IMG/VR virus record: IMGVR_UViG_3300032242_001694
Length of the DNA stretch: 64,000 bases
Reading direction: 5' to 3' (one strand)
From: a virus
The translations under genes were made by a program, and so were the position numbers. Numbering within the stretch: the first letter of the stretch is position 1; the number at the start of each line of letters is the position of its first letter. Under the pieces are notes generated by a model. That model saw nothing but the letters and a program-made list of their open reading frames with translations. It searched no databases and had not been told where the DNA came from. Positions 40,165 through 51,525 of the stretch are shown piece by piece.

Positions 40165-40272
40165 TTAACGCTCGGACCAATTACTTATAGTCTTGAGAGT
40201 GTCAGACATGATTGATCTCGCTTTATTTTATGTTTTTATTTTACTTTAAAAACAATAGAGAAAGAGATTCTT

Positions 40273-40692
40273 ATGCTACCTACAGATCCAAAGAAAGCGG
40301 CCCAGCTTGGAAAAGCTTGGGGCGAAGTTCTAGCTGAGTCTATCTTTGGCGTTGCCGATGTTTTAAAGAATGGCAAGAACATGAAAGCGGCTGCTAATGC
40401 TAAGCAGCTACAAGAAAATGCAGCCACTGCCGCAAAGAACGCTGTCATCCGCGCTAAGAACGAAGCTAAGCTTAAAGAGCAGCAGGAAGCTGCTTACATG
40501 AAGATGAGTCACTCAGAGCGCGAAGCTTACAAGAAGATCCTGCAAGAGCAGCGCGTTGCAACTACAGTTAAGAAAGCTCAAGACGACGAGATGATTGGCG
40601 TTGGTCACCTATTGCTAATAGTGTTAGGAATAGTAGCCATCCTTGGAATCTCAGTATACGGAGCTTTTGCCTATGGGATTATCCATAGATGA
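40273..40692 (+). CDS. Membrane-anchored coiled-coil protein
   Basis: Ala/Lys/Glu helix plus a C-terminal TM segment; fills an otherwise empty intergenic gap. Confidence 0.75.
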   Translation: MLPTDPKKAAQLGKAWGEVLAESIFGVADVLKNGKNMKAAANAKQLQENAATAAKNAVIRAKNEAKLKEQQEAAYMKMSHSEREAYKKILQEQRVATTVKKAQDDEMIGVGHLLLIVLGIVAILGISVYGAFAYGIIHR

Positions 40693-40826
40693 TAATGACT
40701 AACTTTGGAAATCCATATGACATCTGGGCTTTTGGCTATAGGCTGCCAATGGAAGCAGCAGTATTCTTAGGAACGCTGCTTGCTCTACTGTGCGTAGCCG
40801 CTATATGTCAAGCAAATAAGCTTTAA
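40689..40826 (+). CDS. 45-aa membrane peptide
   Basis: ATGA overlap; MIMTNFGNPYDIWAFGYRLPMEAAVFLGTLLALLCVAAICQANKL. Confidence 0.5.
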   Translation: MIMTNFGNPYDIWAFGYRLPMEAAVFLGTLLALLCVAAICQANKL

Positions 40827-41506
40827 GTACCAATATCTAAGCTGTCTTTAAGCGATGGGAACTTGGCAGTGATCTGGTACCAAGCGTCGGTGGCAACTTC
40901 ACGGTGCTCTTTCTGAGTGCCGTTGCCCATCCTCAGCTGACAATAATGTATCCAAGACCGAAGAGAGCCAGCCATATACATACGACTGTTAGTGAGGCCT
41001 TCAGGCAGTACAGCACGAGCTTGCTCCTTTGCAATTCCATTCTTAATAGCCCAGTCATAGCTACGCTGCACGTTTTCAATGATAAACTTTTGTTCCTGCT
41101 CCCATCGCTGGGAGATCATTTTGTCGTGTTCCGTAAGTTCAATAGAGTTCTGACGATTCTTCGTATCCTGTAATCGTGCCTCTCGATGGCTAAAGCCAAG
41201 ATCTCCTGTAGGGTCTGCATAGCGTTGACTAAACTCCTGAAAAGTAAATGACCTGTGTCGAAGGATCTGACGAGCGATGTCCCTCGTGGTATTTATTTCC
41301 ATGACTACGTGAACCATCTCAAACGGCGACCAGTGCTTGTGCTTGGCCAGATACTTGAGCAGCTTGTTAGCCGTAGTAATGTTGTGTTGGTTAGAGGGAT
41401 TAGACACTCGAGCCACGTATGCGATAAACTCATCCACACTCATCGACTCAAACTGGTTACCACCCTCGCAGGGCTGTGTGAGGGCTACGATCTTTGCACT
41501 GTTCAT
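40823..41506 (-). CDS. thyX: Flavin-dependent thymidylate synthase
   Basis: H.SPFE, QILRHRSF.FQEFSQRY, QKEH. Confidence 0.96.
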   Translation of the reverse strand: MNSAKIVALTQPCEGGNQFESMSVDEFIAYVARVSNPSNQHNITTANKLLKYLAKHKHWSPFEMVHVVMEINTTRDIARQILRHRSFTFQEFSQRYADPTGDLGFSHREARLQDTKNRQNSIELTEHDKMISQRWEQEQKFIIENVQRSYDWAIKNGIAKEQARAVLPEGLTNSRMYMAGSLRSWIHYCQLRMGNGTQKEHREVATDAWYQITAKFPSLKDSLDIGT

Positions 41507-41516
41507 GTTTATTTCC

Positions 41517-42536
41517 TTATACTTTACTCCAAGCAGTCAACGCCATCTTTGCTGCCAGATCCTTATATGTATACGTATCTATAACGTGCTTAATATACTC
41601 CGGACTCATGCCGGACTTTACCATGTCATTCACGTCTTTCTCTTCAATATAGTCTGGCCATATACAGACACTATATCCTAGTAGTCTAGCCTTGTCAATC
41701 TTTTTTATTGTCTCGGTGGCTCTTGGCTCGTTGTCGTAGACAATAACGTACTTGGACTTGTCGAGTCCTTGTAGAGAGGATATAAGATCACCACCAGCAG
41801 TAGCGATACTATTAGGAATAAACATGCTGTCAATAGGACCCTCAAAAACATACGTCTTACTATTGAGGTCAACTGTGTCCAGTCCATAGATCTTTGGCTC
41901 CGCCTCGTCGAGAATAATCGTGATATACTTAACATTACTCTTACCCAGCGCTCTACCTTGGAAAGCGTGTATCTTCTTCTCTTTATTAAGAAATGGAATG
42001 AGCAGTCGCGTTTCATCTTGGGCTAGTGACTTGCCAGAAAACTTGCCAGGAATGAGGCTATTGACAAAAGCGAAAAAGTTATTACAGACGTAGAGCTTAT
42101 GGTGATAAGCTGAAGGAATCTTTCTCTCATCAATGTACCTTTTGATCGGGTGGTCGTGTCTCAGCTGACTCACCTTCTTTAGTCCCTTGAGAACTGAAGT
42201 GGCAAACTCAGGCGGCTTCATCTTATTTACGAAGTTCTCAAGATCTACCTGCTGCGGCGACTTCTCATCGCGCATCTTCTCGAGCACGTACTGCGAGTGC
42301 ACGTTGCCGTCAAGCATCTTGATAAATTTAGGCACTCCCATAGATGCAGAGCAGTTGAAGCAGTGGAACCTGCTTTTGCCCTGTATCTCATAGATCCAAG
42401 CGCGAGCCTTGTACTTGCTCTTCTCGGAGTCACCACAGATAGGGCACCTGAAGTTGTACTTGCCCGATGACTTCCTGCTGAATCTTTCCAGTCTATGGGA
42501 TACTAGACTGATATACTTCTGTTCCAACCAATTCAT
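41517..42536 (-). CDS. 61: DNA primase (T4 gp61)
   Basis: RCPICGDS zinc finger, CFNC, EGPIDS, YDNEPR, KD.NDM. Confidence 0.95.
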   Translation of the reverse strand: MNWLEQKYISLVSHRLERFSRKSSGKYNFRCPICGDSEKSKYKARAWIYEIQGKSRFHCFNCSASMGVPKFIKMLDGNVHSQYVLEKMRDEKSPQQVDLENFVNKMKPPEFATSVLKGLKKVSQLRHDHPIKRYIDERKIPSAYHHKLYVCNNFFAFVNSLIPGKFSGKSLAQDETRLLIPFLNKEKKIHAFQGRALGKSNVKYITIILDEAEPKIYGLDTVDLNSKTYVFEGPIDSMFIPNSIATAGGDLISSLQGLDKSKYVIVYDNEPRATETIKKIDKARLLGYSVCIWPDYIEEKDVNDMVKSGMSPEYIKHVIDTYTYKDLAAKMALTAWSKV

Positions 42537-42602
42537 TACTAACCTCACCGTGTATTAATCTATTATACACAATTTAGATAAAATGTACACAACAATGTTT
42601 GG

Positions 42603-43555
42603 TTAGTGTCCGAATATTTTAAAGTAAGTTGAGACGTTTGATAGTAGCCAGACAAGTACCATGCCGCCGCCGATTGCAACCCAGATAAACTTCTCAAGCT
42701 TGCCAATCTTTTCATTGAGTGATCTGTGCTGGTCGGTAGACTCTTTTCTGAGTTGGTTGAGACACTCGATGATGTTGTTGTCTTGATCTCTCATCGTGTT
42801 GTATACGTCCTTGAGCTTGATGTCGACCTCATCGCGCCTCTTCTCGAGAGTGATGTGAATCTCATCTGTTTCTTTCTCTTGCTGGTTAATGCGCTGCTCG
42901 TGAACGGCGATCATCGCCTTCAGCTCGCCGGAGATCTCAGTAAGTTTTTCTAGCGCTATGTCTAGTCTATCGGTCGAGGCCATTGGGTACTAGTCTCTTA
43001 ATTGGAGTTGTCATTACAGTGATGTCTCTGAGCTTCTTCTTTTTAAGATTAACTCCAGGCTCACCTTTCGGTCCCACTCCGATTCCTTCTACGCCACCAG
43101 AACCAGCAGCGTTAGCCGGGGTGGTAGAAGCAAATGCCGCGCCATCTTCTTTTAAGTTAGTCATCTTTAACTTTCCTTAATGCCTGAACGATGACGTCGT
43201 CCATCTGTATACTATCGGTATTAATCACAGCTTCGTCTCTAATATTATATATCTTCTCAGGAAGAACGCCTAAGAGTATCAAAAATGGTTTGATATACTT
43301 AAACTGTAACTTCATCTTGAGATATAGTATACGAGCCATGTGCTCAGCACCAAAGACATTATACAGTATGATTAAATGATTGAGGATCAACCTATCTTTC
43401 AACTCGCCGCTGTCTACGTAGCGGGTGATGAGTTTCTTGATATACTTGATCCTCTTTAGATCTTCAATGAACTCTTCTGTAGAGTGACACTGGGGATTGT
43501 CGTAATACCTAGCGCAGTACATCAAGAAGTTCTCATCATTTAATTTTTCATTCAT
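42603..43555 (-). CDS. Three conserved T4-like hypothetical genes (42603-42983 coiled-coil+TM, 42967-43164, 43157-43555)
   Basis: Overlapping ORFs; YDNPQC...EF.EDL.R.KY ... LILNH in the last. Confidence 0.7.
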
Positions 43556-43571
43556 TAAATATTACTTTATT

Positions 43572-44201
43572 TTATAAGTAGAAGTTATTGGTATCGAAAT
43601 TCCAAGCTCCATCTAGATATATGGCTTTTGCAAGATTCCTATCTGGTGTTCCATAGTAAAATGGAACCCAGGCAGCAGGACTAGTTGGGCTGGTCTGACC
43701 CATCTTTCTAGCAGAGTTTACCCATATCACAATATCATCTGAGTGCATAGGTGTTTTTACTATGAAGTATATCATAGTTCCATTTGCAGCTGTTGGAAGA
43801 TAGAAGTGTTGTTGACCAGAATCGCCGTTGGCACTCAAGTACTGGATCTGCGTATTGACGCGAAGAGGAGTAGCCGTGATAGAAAAGTTACCGCTAGAGA
43901 CTCCGTTGTTGGAGCCAAGCGGAGTCTCATAGCTACTCATTGCTCTAGGTGTGTTAGTTACAGTGATCTGACCATTAGCAGCAGCACTGATATAGACTCC
44001 ATCAACTGAGACAACCCCTCTAGCAGTAGAGTTGGCAATAGGTAAAGTGGTATTTGCCAAAGCATAGCTGAAAGCATTTACTGAAATAGTCTGAACGTTC
44101 GCACCGGCAGCTCCAGGATTGGTTAAGACCATGATCCTGTCGTTAGCAGAGATCGAGGTCGTAACCCCTAGTTGCGAAACTCTCTTGGAGTCGTTTGCCA
44201 T
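43572..44201 (-). CDS. Probable virion structural protein
   Basis: K.VSQL N-terminus; Asn/Ser/Thr-rich; late cluster. Confidence 0.6.
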   Translation of the reverse strand: MANDSKRVSQLGVTTSISANDRIMVLTNPGAAGANVQTISVNAFSYALANTTLPIANSTARGVVSVDGVYISAAANGQITVTNTPRAMSSYETPLGSNNGVSSGNFSITATPLRVNTQIQYLSANGDSGQQHFYLPTAANGTMIYFIVKTPMHSDDIVIWVNSARKMGQTSPTSPAAWVPFYYGTPDRNLAKAIYLDGAWNFDTNNFYL

Positions 44202-44218
44202 GATAATCTACTCAGTTA

Positions 44219-45235
44219 TCAAAAGTCGTGAAGAACGTTGTCGTCAGCAGAGTCGGCAACCAGAGCTGGGGTACCATAAGCAGCTGTCTGAGCACCAAGT
44301 GAACCCATCGCTACAAGTGTCTCCATCTGGACGCGACCTGCACGACCACCTGTTCCTTCTGTGCGAAGAACCCAACCAGCATGAGCAGCACCATTGACTT
44401 TACTACCCGAGATAATCAAGAGACCTGCTGCAGTGTCGCCTCTGAACGTATGAGTTTCTTGAGCGCCAGCAACGCGTAGATCAGTAATTGCAATATTCGC
44501 GCCGCCTGCAGTTGTGGCAAGCTTGATAACAGTTGAGTTAGAGAATGAAACGTAGTAGTATGTGTTGCCGGTCAGAGGAGCGATTGGTGTGTTAGCAGCT
44601 GGAACGCTGTAGTACAGGCGATCACCGGCCAAGAAGAGAGTGTTTGCCGAAGATACAATGAACGAGCTGTTTGAGACACCAGCGACCGTGCCGTTGGCAA
44701 AGCCGGTTGAGTTAGCGATCAAGTTAATTGCAGCAGGAGCTGCGATCGTTACTGTAGGATCACCACCTACGATACCAGTGATCTGCTGGTTAGACGTCAG
44801 AGCAGTTACGCGTCCAACTGCAACGGTTGAGTTAGCAGCCGATACATTTGAATAGCCGTTAGCAAAAGTAAGTGTAACCGCAGCATTTGCAGCGTAACCC
44901 GATCCCGCTGAAGTCACGCGATAGATACCGTTAGATGTGCCTGTTGCCAGTGCCATTTCAGTCGCGTCAATCCCGAACACGCCAACTGCTTGACCTTGAC
45001 GGAAAGCGTTGATAGTCGTGTTGCCAAACATAGTTGAGTCAACCAAAGCGCGCGAACCGCTTACGGTGTTACCGATGTGTCCGTTTGGTGTGTGAGATAC
45101 AGCGATGGTTGCGATGTTAGAAGTTGAACCGCCGTTGACAAGCGCATAGGTGCCGATAGGCGCGCCATTCGACGATTCTTTAGTTGTCGTGCTGTTAGCG
45201 GTTACAGCCTGATCGTTTCTACCCCATTGTGCCAT
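44219..45235 (-). CDS. Virion structural protein (MAxWG...HAGWV...ETLVAM family)
   Basis: Terminal motifs typical of T4-like phage structural proteins; RBS AGGAGG; GATAAATA upstream. Confidence 0.7.
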   Translation of the reverse strand: MAQWGRNDQAVTANSTTTKESSNGAPIGTYALVNGGSTSNIATIAVSHTPNGHIGNTVSGSRALVDSTMFGNTTINAFRQGQAVGVFGIDATEMALATGTSNGIYRVTSAGSGYAANAAVTLTFANGYSNVSAANSTVAVGRVTALTSNQQITGIVGGDPTVTIAAPAAINLIANSTGFANGTVAGVSNSSFIVSSANTLFLAGDRLYYSVPAANTPIAPLTGNTYYYVSFSNSTVIKLATTAGGANIAITDLRVAGAQETHTFRGDTAAGLLIISGSKVNGAAHAGWVLRTEGTGGRAGRVQMETLVAMGSLGAQTAAYGTPALVADSADDNVLHDF

Positions 45236-45401
45236 TATAGTCTTCCTCCTAGAGAGATTGTTTTTCTTATTTATCTTTTTGTGATAGTCTTCATATCATA
45301 GTGATAGTCAGACATCTTCTTATGTTTAGTTTGAGGTGACTCAAGTTGTGTCTGAGTCACCGCCGTGTTACTAGCATTTCTCTTGTTAGTAACAGGCTTC
45401 T

Positions 45402-46829
45402 TCATTTATTCTTGCCCGGTTTAGCACCAGAGATAGTTGGTCTGCTGCGACCGGCTAGGCCGCCGACTTTTGAGCTACCACCGAGAGAGATCTTTGGAAG
45501 CTCTTCGTCGTGTGGCTTGCCAGCCAGCCAGCTATGAAGCGAGTCCACGTTCTTATGAATTCTTGAAGCAAATGCTTCTTTCTCAGAAGGAGTCTGGAGG
45601 TTGTCGTGGTGAGCCAAGATGCGGTGAGCAGTCATTGGATTCATCGCATGTTTCTTGCCATCCGCGAAGGTGAATGGGTGCATCCCGCGAGTTGAGATGA
45701 CCTGACGAGCCTGCTGGATTGGATGAGTGTCAGGACTGTCAGAAGCTGAGTCTTTCTTAGGACGACCGCGTGCTTCATCGATACGACTTTCTTTAACAGC
45801 CGAAGTGTTGTCGTAAGGACTTTTCATGCCATTTGCCTTGAGCATGTTGTGAGTGTTTATCTTTTTCTCAAGCTCTTTGTCATCATCACCAAAAGTCTGG
45901 TGTCTAGGAGAGCCGGCAACGTATCCATACTTTTTATTAAAGGAATCCATTCCATGCTTTTCAATATGATCGCGACGTTCTTTAGCTTCCTTGTCCCAGT
46001 CAGCTTGAGACTTGCCGTATGAGTCTTTAGGACCGGTATATCCCGGAGTGTTGTATGGATTCTTAGGATTAATGAGATGAGCGTGGCCAGACGCCATCTT
46101 TGAATCATACTCGCGCTTGTGCAGGGCATCGACCTCATCGTCTCCAACTGCTGCTCCACCTTTAGGAACTAGACCATGATCATTGTCGTGCTGCATACGA
46201 GCCCCAGCTTGGTCGCTTTTGCTCATCTTCTTATATTCATCAGCAGTTGGCGAACCTTTACTTGGACTAGATTCTTTATCATCTTCCTTATCATCTTCTT
46301 TATCGTCGTCTTCTTTATCTTCTTCATCGTCGTCGTTGGCTTCATCCATCTTCATGAAGTCACCAGCAGTCTTCTTCTTATCCATTGGAGCTGCAGTCGC
46401 AGACTTACCTGCAGCCATGGAAGCAAGCTTATTAGTACGCGCTTCGCTACCACCAGTTGTATCAATTGGCTTTAGGTTCTTTACCATGTCATCGCCTTCA
46501 GAGACAAGACCAATCATCTCTTTGATCTCTTTAAGGCTTCTACGTTCTGCTACTTCTCTGAGTGACTTCTTCATCTTCTTACCTCTATTAGGGTCTGTGT
46601 CTTTTTCAAGCTTTGCAGCCAGTGCTTTTCTAGTTGCAGGAGTTTCTCTTTCCCACTCTGGAGCGTGGGCAGGCTGGTTCAAGTTGTGAATATGCTCATC
46701 GCTGATAGTATAGTCTGCATTATCGTTCTTCACGCCAACTCCCCCGTAATCTTGATTCTGGCCCCTTACCGGAGCATATGAAGTGGTGGGTTTTAGTCCC
46801 ACCACGCTCTTCTTTTGCTTCTTAATCAT
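45402..46829 (-). CDS. Probable internal head protein
   Basis: Highly charged and low complexity; many (L/I/V/M)xE sites. Confidence 0.6.
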   Translation of the reverse strand: MIKKQKKSVVGLKPTTSYAPVRGQNQDYGGVGVKNDNADYTISDEHIHNLNQPAHAPEWERETPATRKALAAKLEKDTDPNRGKKMKKSLREVAERRSLKEIKEMIGLVSEGDDMVKNLKPIDTTGGSEARTNKLASMAAGKSATAAPMDKKKTAGDFMKMDEANDDDEEDKEDDDKEDDKEDDKESSPSKGSPTADEYKKMSKSDQAGARMQHDNDHGLVPKGGAAVGDDEVDALHKREYDSKMASGHAHLINPKNPYNTPGYTGPKDSYGKSQADWDKEAKERRDHIEKHGMDSFNKKYGYVAGSPRHQTFGDDDKELEKKINTHNMLKANGMKSPYDNTSAVKESRIDEARGRPKKDSASDSPDTHPIQQARQVISTRGMHPFTFADGKKHAMNPMTAHRILAHHDNLQTPSEKEAFASRIHKNVDSLHSWLAGKPHDEELPKISLGGSSKVGGLAGRSRPTISGAKPGKNK

Positions 46830-49800
46830 TAGCCCATATTCTGGTTAACTGAGTTGTTATTAACGTTTCTCTTCTTCATCTCAGCTGCAGCTGCCGCCAC
46901 GCGATCGCCTTGATCGGCTGGACCGCGACTAGCTGTTGCTGGAGCTGCAGCCGCCGCGCGAGCACCTGGAGCTTCAACTGAAGAACCACGACCTGCTCCC
47001 GCTGAAGCAGCTGGGCGAGGGGCAGGAGTAGGTGCAGGTGCTGCTCTTGCTGCAGTAGCTGCTGGTTTTGCAGCTGGGGCTTGAGATGGAGGTCCAGACA
47101 TCGGTCCAAGAGTTCCAGCTTTCTTGGCAGCGTCGTACTGTCTTAGAGCACCAAGTGGTGACTGATCATTGTAGTCAACTGGCGCTTCTGTTTTACCGCC
47201 ACCAAATGTGCGTTCCATCCAGTTAGGCTTACGTTCACCGGCCGCAGCTGGAGCTGGAGCTGCTGGCTTAGCAGCCTGTGGAGCTGCTGGCTTTGGAGCC
47301 TGTGAAGCTGCTGCGCGAGCACCTGGAGCTTCAACTGAAGAACCGCGACCTGCTCCTGCTGAAGCAGCATTCTGAGCTGATTGGGCGTTTGAAGCTGCTT
47401 GGCGATCTCCTTGATCGGCTGGTCCTTTTGCTGGAGCTGGGCTAGACTGTGTCTGTGCTGCGCGTTGACCTGGTTGTTCACCATATTGACCACGGCCAGC
47501 GCCTGCTACTTCTGGAGCTGCTGGCTTAGCAGCCTGTGGTGTTGGTTTTGGTTCTTCAGAATCTTGCGCATCTTTCTCAATGTCTTCATTCTCAAGTTTC
47601 TTCTTACCTTCCATTACTGCTTCTAAGTAAGCAAGTTCTTCTCTAGAAAATGTTACTTCTTCATTTTTTAGCTTGTCAACTGCCATCTTTGATCTGCTCT
47701 TAGCTTTTTTAATAAGACTATTCTGAGACTTATCAGCTATGCCGCCACTTCCGCGATCAGATGCAGCCGCTGCGTTCTGAACAGTCATCGCATCAGCTGC
47801 AGCTTGGCGATCTCCTTGATCAGCCGGTCCTTTTGCTGGACTAGCCGATTTAGCAGGTGATGTGCGCTCATCATCGCCCATCTCAGCTTGACGATTAGAT
47901 CTGCTGTCTTTTTTCTCGTCATTAACATTAGGGCCAGAAGTAGTAATCTCAACCCCACCGCTCTTTGCACCTTTACCAATTTCAATAGGATCTTTATCAC
48001 CTGTAGATACGCGTGTAATAGTTGTACCATCTTTATTAGTGTTAGTTTTCACGCTGGAACTGGCACTAGCACTGGATTTGCCAACAACAGTTCTACCTTT
48101 ACCTATAGTATCACTCGACGAATCATTGTTATCTTTGTCTTGAGATTTTAGATAGCGGTCTATTGATTGTTTACCAACGTCTTTATAACGATTTGGGTCA
48201 CTACTCCAAGAACTGCTACTAGAAGATGATGTCATCTTAGGAGCTGGACCATCTGATGAATCAAGAGTCATGTCTTTAATCTTAGAAGGATTAGTCATCT
48301 TAGGAGCTGGACCGTCAGGCGAATCATTTTCATCAGCTTCCATCTCAAGCTTCTTTGCTCTCTTAGCTTCAATGAGATCTCTGATGCGATAAGCTACAGA
48401 TTCGTTCTTGATCTTTGATGAGACTACGTCACGGCGATTCTTGAGATACTTGTCGCTCTTGTTGACCTTGCCGTCGTTGTTGACGTCATCGTCTTCTTTA
48501 CCAACTGGGTCAAGAGCTTCATCCATCTCTTTCTTGCTGCGAAGCTTCTTGAAGTCATCAGCATCAATCTTGCCATTGTGGTTAGCGTCAATCTTGCCTT
48601 GGTTACCCTTAAGCTTCTCCAACATGATCGCTTTAGCTGCTTCGACCAGAGATGAAGAAACGCCTAATGATTTATCCGATTTCATGAACGGATTCTGGTT
48701 TGGCATCTTAATCATGTTATGTCCTTCTGTTTGGGTTTTAGACTTTTTATTCTTATCATTTTCGTCTTCTGCGTCTTTACCAGTATCTACCGATTTTCCT
48801 GGACCCGGACCATATATTGGACGATTACCTGGGATGAATAGACCTCTGTTGCTAAAAGAAGCATGTCCACTGCTCTGGCCAAATCCAGATCCGGCTGGAC
48901 GAGTTGTATCTACGTCTGGAGCTGGATGACGTCTTACAGAAGGCTCTGTTTTTGGCGAAGCTGATGTGTCGGCGTGAGGTGTAGTTACTGGAGGAGGCAA
49001 CACTGGAGCTGGTGGTGTAATAGCTGCAGTCTGTGCAGCAGTCTGTGGGACAGATTGAGCTAATGCTTGTGTCTGTGGGACAGATTGCGCTTGAGTAATA
49101 TCAGCAGGCTTTGTAACTGTGCCTGCCGCGCCAAGTGGATCTGCAATTGGCTTTGCTTTAGGAGTCGCTTTAGCAAGTGCTCTAGCTCTAGCAGCTTCTC
49201 TTGTCTTCTCCATGTCAACGTCTGCAGCTTTCTTAACTTCCGCGGCAGCGTCGGCTGTATCTATCTTTGCTGGTTCTTTTACTTCTGCTGGTTTTGAGAT
49301 ATTCTTAAATGCTTCTCCTCTTTCAGCTTCACGTCCAGCATTTGCGGCAACATGATGCTGCTGCATCGCGGCATGGTGAGCTTCTTTTTCAGAGTCTGAC
49401 ATAGTCGTTCCAGTATGACTACCTGAAAGTCTATCGTCTTTACTACCAGCTGCAGTAATTTTAGTAGGTTCTGTATCAGCTTTTGTCATAGCCGACAAAC
49501 CTGCGCCTCTAGTGGCTTCTCTTCCAATTTCAGATTTTGTATCGTCTTCTTTTTTCTTATCTAAGTACTGTCTTCTAGCAGCTTCAGCTGGAGTTTCTGA
49601 TCTAGACTTAAGAGCGTCAGCTGCTAGCTTTCCAGCACCAATTGCAGCGCCGCCGCCTAATAAACCTCCAATAATTGGAGCAACAAAAGGTAAAGCCATA
49701 GCAAATTCATTAAGGCTATCTTCAATAGCTTGGACGCGATCAATCTCAGCTTGACTAAAGAGCTCATAATCTTCTTTGACGCTATTACCAGCGCCTTTCT

Positions 49801-50161
49801 GACCAATCATCTTGTTCTGCTTGTTTCTCTCGTGAACGCCTTTTTTATCTTCGTCGCTTTCGCTCTCGATCTTATCATCAGTCTTTGGCTTTAGATCAAC
49901 TCTAGTAACACCACCTTTAAGTTGCTTAGCGTCGTCTAGATTTTGGTTACCCATTTCTTGCTCGGGAGGAGCGACCTGCTTGGTAGCCATGTCCTCAACT
50001 ACTTTAGTCAAGATCTCGCCCTGCTTGCCAAGCTTTGACTTCTCGCTCGTGGCTTTCTCGTCGTCTGGACGACCGACGTTACGCATGTTGCTGCGAATCT
50101 TGGTGTTCTTATCGAACATGACCTCGAGGATAGAGTGATGCAGTGATCTATACTTTTCCAT
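46829..50161 (-). CDS. Large probable internal head protein (1110 aa)
   Basis: DxNxxGKIDxxD and D.NNDGK...SD.YL.NRR motifs; internal repeats GPADQGDR x3 and [18 protein letters not shown] x2. Confidence 0.65.
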   Translation of the reverse strand: MEKYRSLHHSILEVMFDKNTKIRSNMRNVGRPDDEKATSEKSKLGKQGEILTKVVEDMATKQVAPPEQEMGNQNLDDAKQLKGGVTRVDLKPKTDDKIESESDEDKKGVHERNKQNKMIGQKGAGNSVKEDYELFSQAEIDRVQAIEDSLNEFAMALPFVAPIIGGLLGGGAAIGAGKLAADALKSRSETPAEAARRQYLDKKKEDDTKSEIGREATRGAGLSAMTKADTEPTKITAAGSKDDRLSGSHTGTTMSDSEKEAHHAAMQQHHVAANAGREAERGEAFKNISKPAEVKEPAKIDTADAAAEVKKAADVDMEKTREAARARALAKATPKAKPIADPLGAAGTVTKPADITQAQSVPQTQALAQSVPQTAAQTAAITPPAPVLPPPVTTPHADTSASPKTEPSVRRHPAPDVDTTRPAGSGFGQSSGHASFSNRGLFIPGNRPIYGPGPGKSVDTGKDAEDENDKNKKSKTQTEGHNMIKMPNQNPFMKSDKSLGVSSSLVEAAKAIMLEKLKGNQGKIDANHNGKIDADDFKKLRSKKEMDEALDPVGKEDDDVNNDGKVNKSDKYLKNRRDVVSSKIKNESVAYRIRDLIEAKRAKKLEMEADENDSPDGPAPKMTNPSKIKDMTLDSSDGPAPKMTSSSSSSSWSSDPNRYKDVGKQSIDRYLKSQDKDNNDSSSDTIGKGRTVVGKSSASASSSVKTNTNKDGTTITRVSTGDKDPIEIGKGAKSGGVEITTSGPNVNDEKKDSRSNRQAEMGDDERTSPAKSASPAKGPADQGDRQAAADAMTVQNAAAASDRGSGGIADKSQNSLIKKAKSRSKMAVDKLKNEEVTFSREELAYLEAVMEGKKKLENEDIEKDAQDSEEPKPTPQAAKPAAPEVAGAGRGQYGEQPGQRAAQTQSSPAPAKGPADQGDRQAASNAQSAQNAASAGAGRGSSVEAPGARAAASQAPKPAAPQAAKPAAPAPAAAGERKPNWMERTFGGGKTEAPVDYNDQSPLGALRQYDAAKKAGTLGPMSGPPSQAPAAKPAATAARAAPAPTPAPRPAASAGAGRGSSVEAPGARAAAAAPATASRGPADQGDRVAAAAAEMKKRNVNNNSVNQNMG

Positions 50162-50162
50162 T

Positions 50163-50600
50163 TTACGCCTTAGTTACTGACCTAAGCATCCAATCATGCT
50201 TATAGTGTCTATCGATTCTATCCTGTAAGAAGTTGGCTAGACCAACTGCGTTCTCTTTCTCAGCAAGCTTTTGAGTCTCTTTGAGGATCACGATGATCTT
50301 CATGTTGTCTTCTTTAAGCTTTGAAGCCATAGAAAGAGCTGATGGAATATTTATCTCATCTTTAACTACAGAGTCTTCCATGTAGCGAACAAAAGAACCT
50401 GGAGCGTACGCACCCAGAGTCCTAATCTCCTCAGCAATAGGGTCTACCGCTGAGAAGTACTCTTGATACAAGTCACCAAAGAAGTCGTGGAACATTGGAA
50501 ATGTTGGTCCCTCAACGTTCCAGTGGAAGTTGTGTGCCTTGAGGTAGATGGCGAAGGTACTCGCCAACACAACCTTCATCTTTGATACTAGCTCTTCCAT
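50163..50600 (-). CDS. dps: Dps / mini-ferritin
   Basis: K.HNFHWNV.G..F...H, D.IAE.IR.LG, H.K..WML. Confidence 0.92.
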   Translation of the reverse strand: MEELVSKMKVVLASTFAIYLKAHNFHWNVEGPTFPMFHDFFGDLYQEYFSAVDPIAEEIRTLGAYAPGSFVRYMEDSVVKDEINIPSALSMASKLKEDNMKIIVILKETQKLAEKENAVGLANFLQDRIDRHYKHDWMLRSVTKA

Positions 50601-50908
50601 TAGTGGCCCTTTGCCTTTTCTGCAGCAGCTTTAGCAGCAGATGCTGCCTTGTCGCCTGCACCTTCCATTGCCTTCTCTACTGACGAAGTCACAGTCGCAG
50701 CAATCCCAGCGTATGGAGTGTTGGCAGTAGCCGAAGCCACTGACTTTTCAAGTACTTGCTCAGCTGCTTTAACACCTGCCTTGACGACAGTGTCTGCATT
50801 CGCGATAACAGCATCCGCTGCCGCGTTCTTAATTACTTCTGCCTGCTCTTTAGACTCTTTACGGAAAGATCTCAAGAAGCTCTTTGCAAATTCTGGTAGC
50901 ATAATCAT
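50600..50908 (-). CDS. Ala-rich hypothetical protein
   Basis: ORF with overlapping neighbours. Confidence 0.6.
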   Translation of the reverse strand: MIMLPEFAKSFLRSFRKESKEQAEVIKNAAADAVIANADTVVKAGVKAAEQVLEKSVASATANTPYAGIAATVTSSVEKAMEGAGDKAASAAKAAAEKAKGH

Positions 50909-51525
50909 TCTCCCTTATAATGTTTCATATTACCCGATGGATCCACGTGAAATGCGTTGAAGTGGACGTCAGGATGGTCTCTTCTCATATTTAGGAAAGC
51001 ATCTAGGTTCGGCTTACTGTCGTCGTACATGCTTACTTTCTTGTATCCGTGCTTCTTAATGTGATCAGAAATAACACTTGCTTTCTTCTCAGCCGGCGAA
51101 GCGCTTCCAGCTATATTACCCACGCGGTGAACGTGGATGCTATTCATGTCCATTCCCTGCCTGCGGAACGTGTCAAGGAACTTATCCTTGTTGTCAAAGT
51201 CAGCTCGAGCAGTCAAGAGATGGACCTTGCTTCCTGGATGCCTGCCGATGTTCTGCTGGATCCTATTGACCCTGTTAATCATGCTTGGAATCGGCTTAGA
51301 CTCTTTGTCAAACTTCTCTGCGTTCTTAAACTCTGAGTAGTCATATGTGTGTCCAGCTGGAAGCCTGTGGGTATTGTACTCGCTGTTTGATAGTCTCTTA
51401 ACAACTTTACCTGAAGGATCCTTGACACCAATCTGAGCAGTGGTGTGCATGAGGGTGTCGTCGATGTCAACGTAGTGAGCGTGACCTCTTCTCTGCTCTT
51501 CAAGGAATCTTCTAAAGCTAATCAT
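50905..51525 (-). CDS. HAD-superfamily phosphatase with IP-like N-terminus
   Basis: DIDDTL, LTAR, K, YDDS..N; starts MISFRRFLEE. Confidence 0.78.
   Translation of the reverse strand: MISFRRFLEEQRRGHAHYVDIDDTLMHTTAQIGVKDPSGKVVKRLSNSEYNTHRLPAGHTYDYSEFKNAEKFDKESKPIPSMINRVNRIQQNIGRHPGSKVHLLTARADFDNKDKFLDTFRRQGMDMNSIHVHRVGNIAGSASPAEKKASVISDHIKKHGYKKVSMYDDSKPNLDAFLNMRRDHPDVHFNAFHVDPSGNMKHYKGE

Noticed and set aside
40185-40220. Pho box upstream of plcP
   Set aside because: Only one half-site-like CTGACAC; no properly spaced 11-bp direct repeat.
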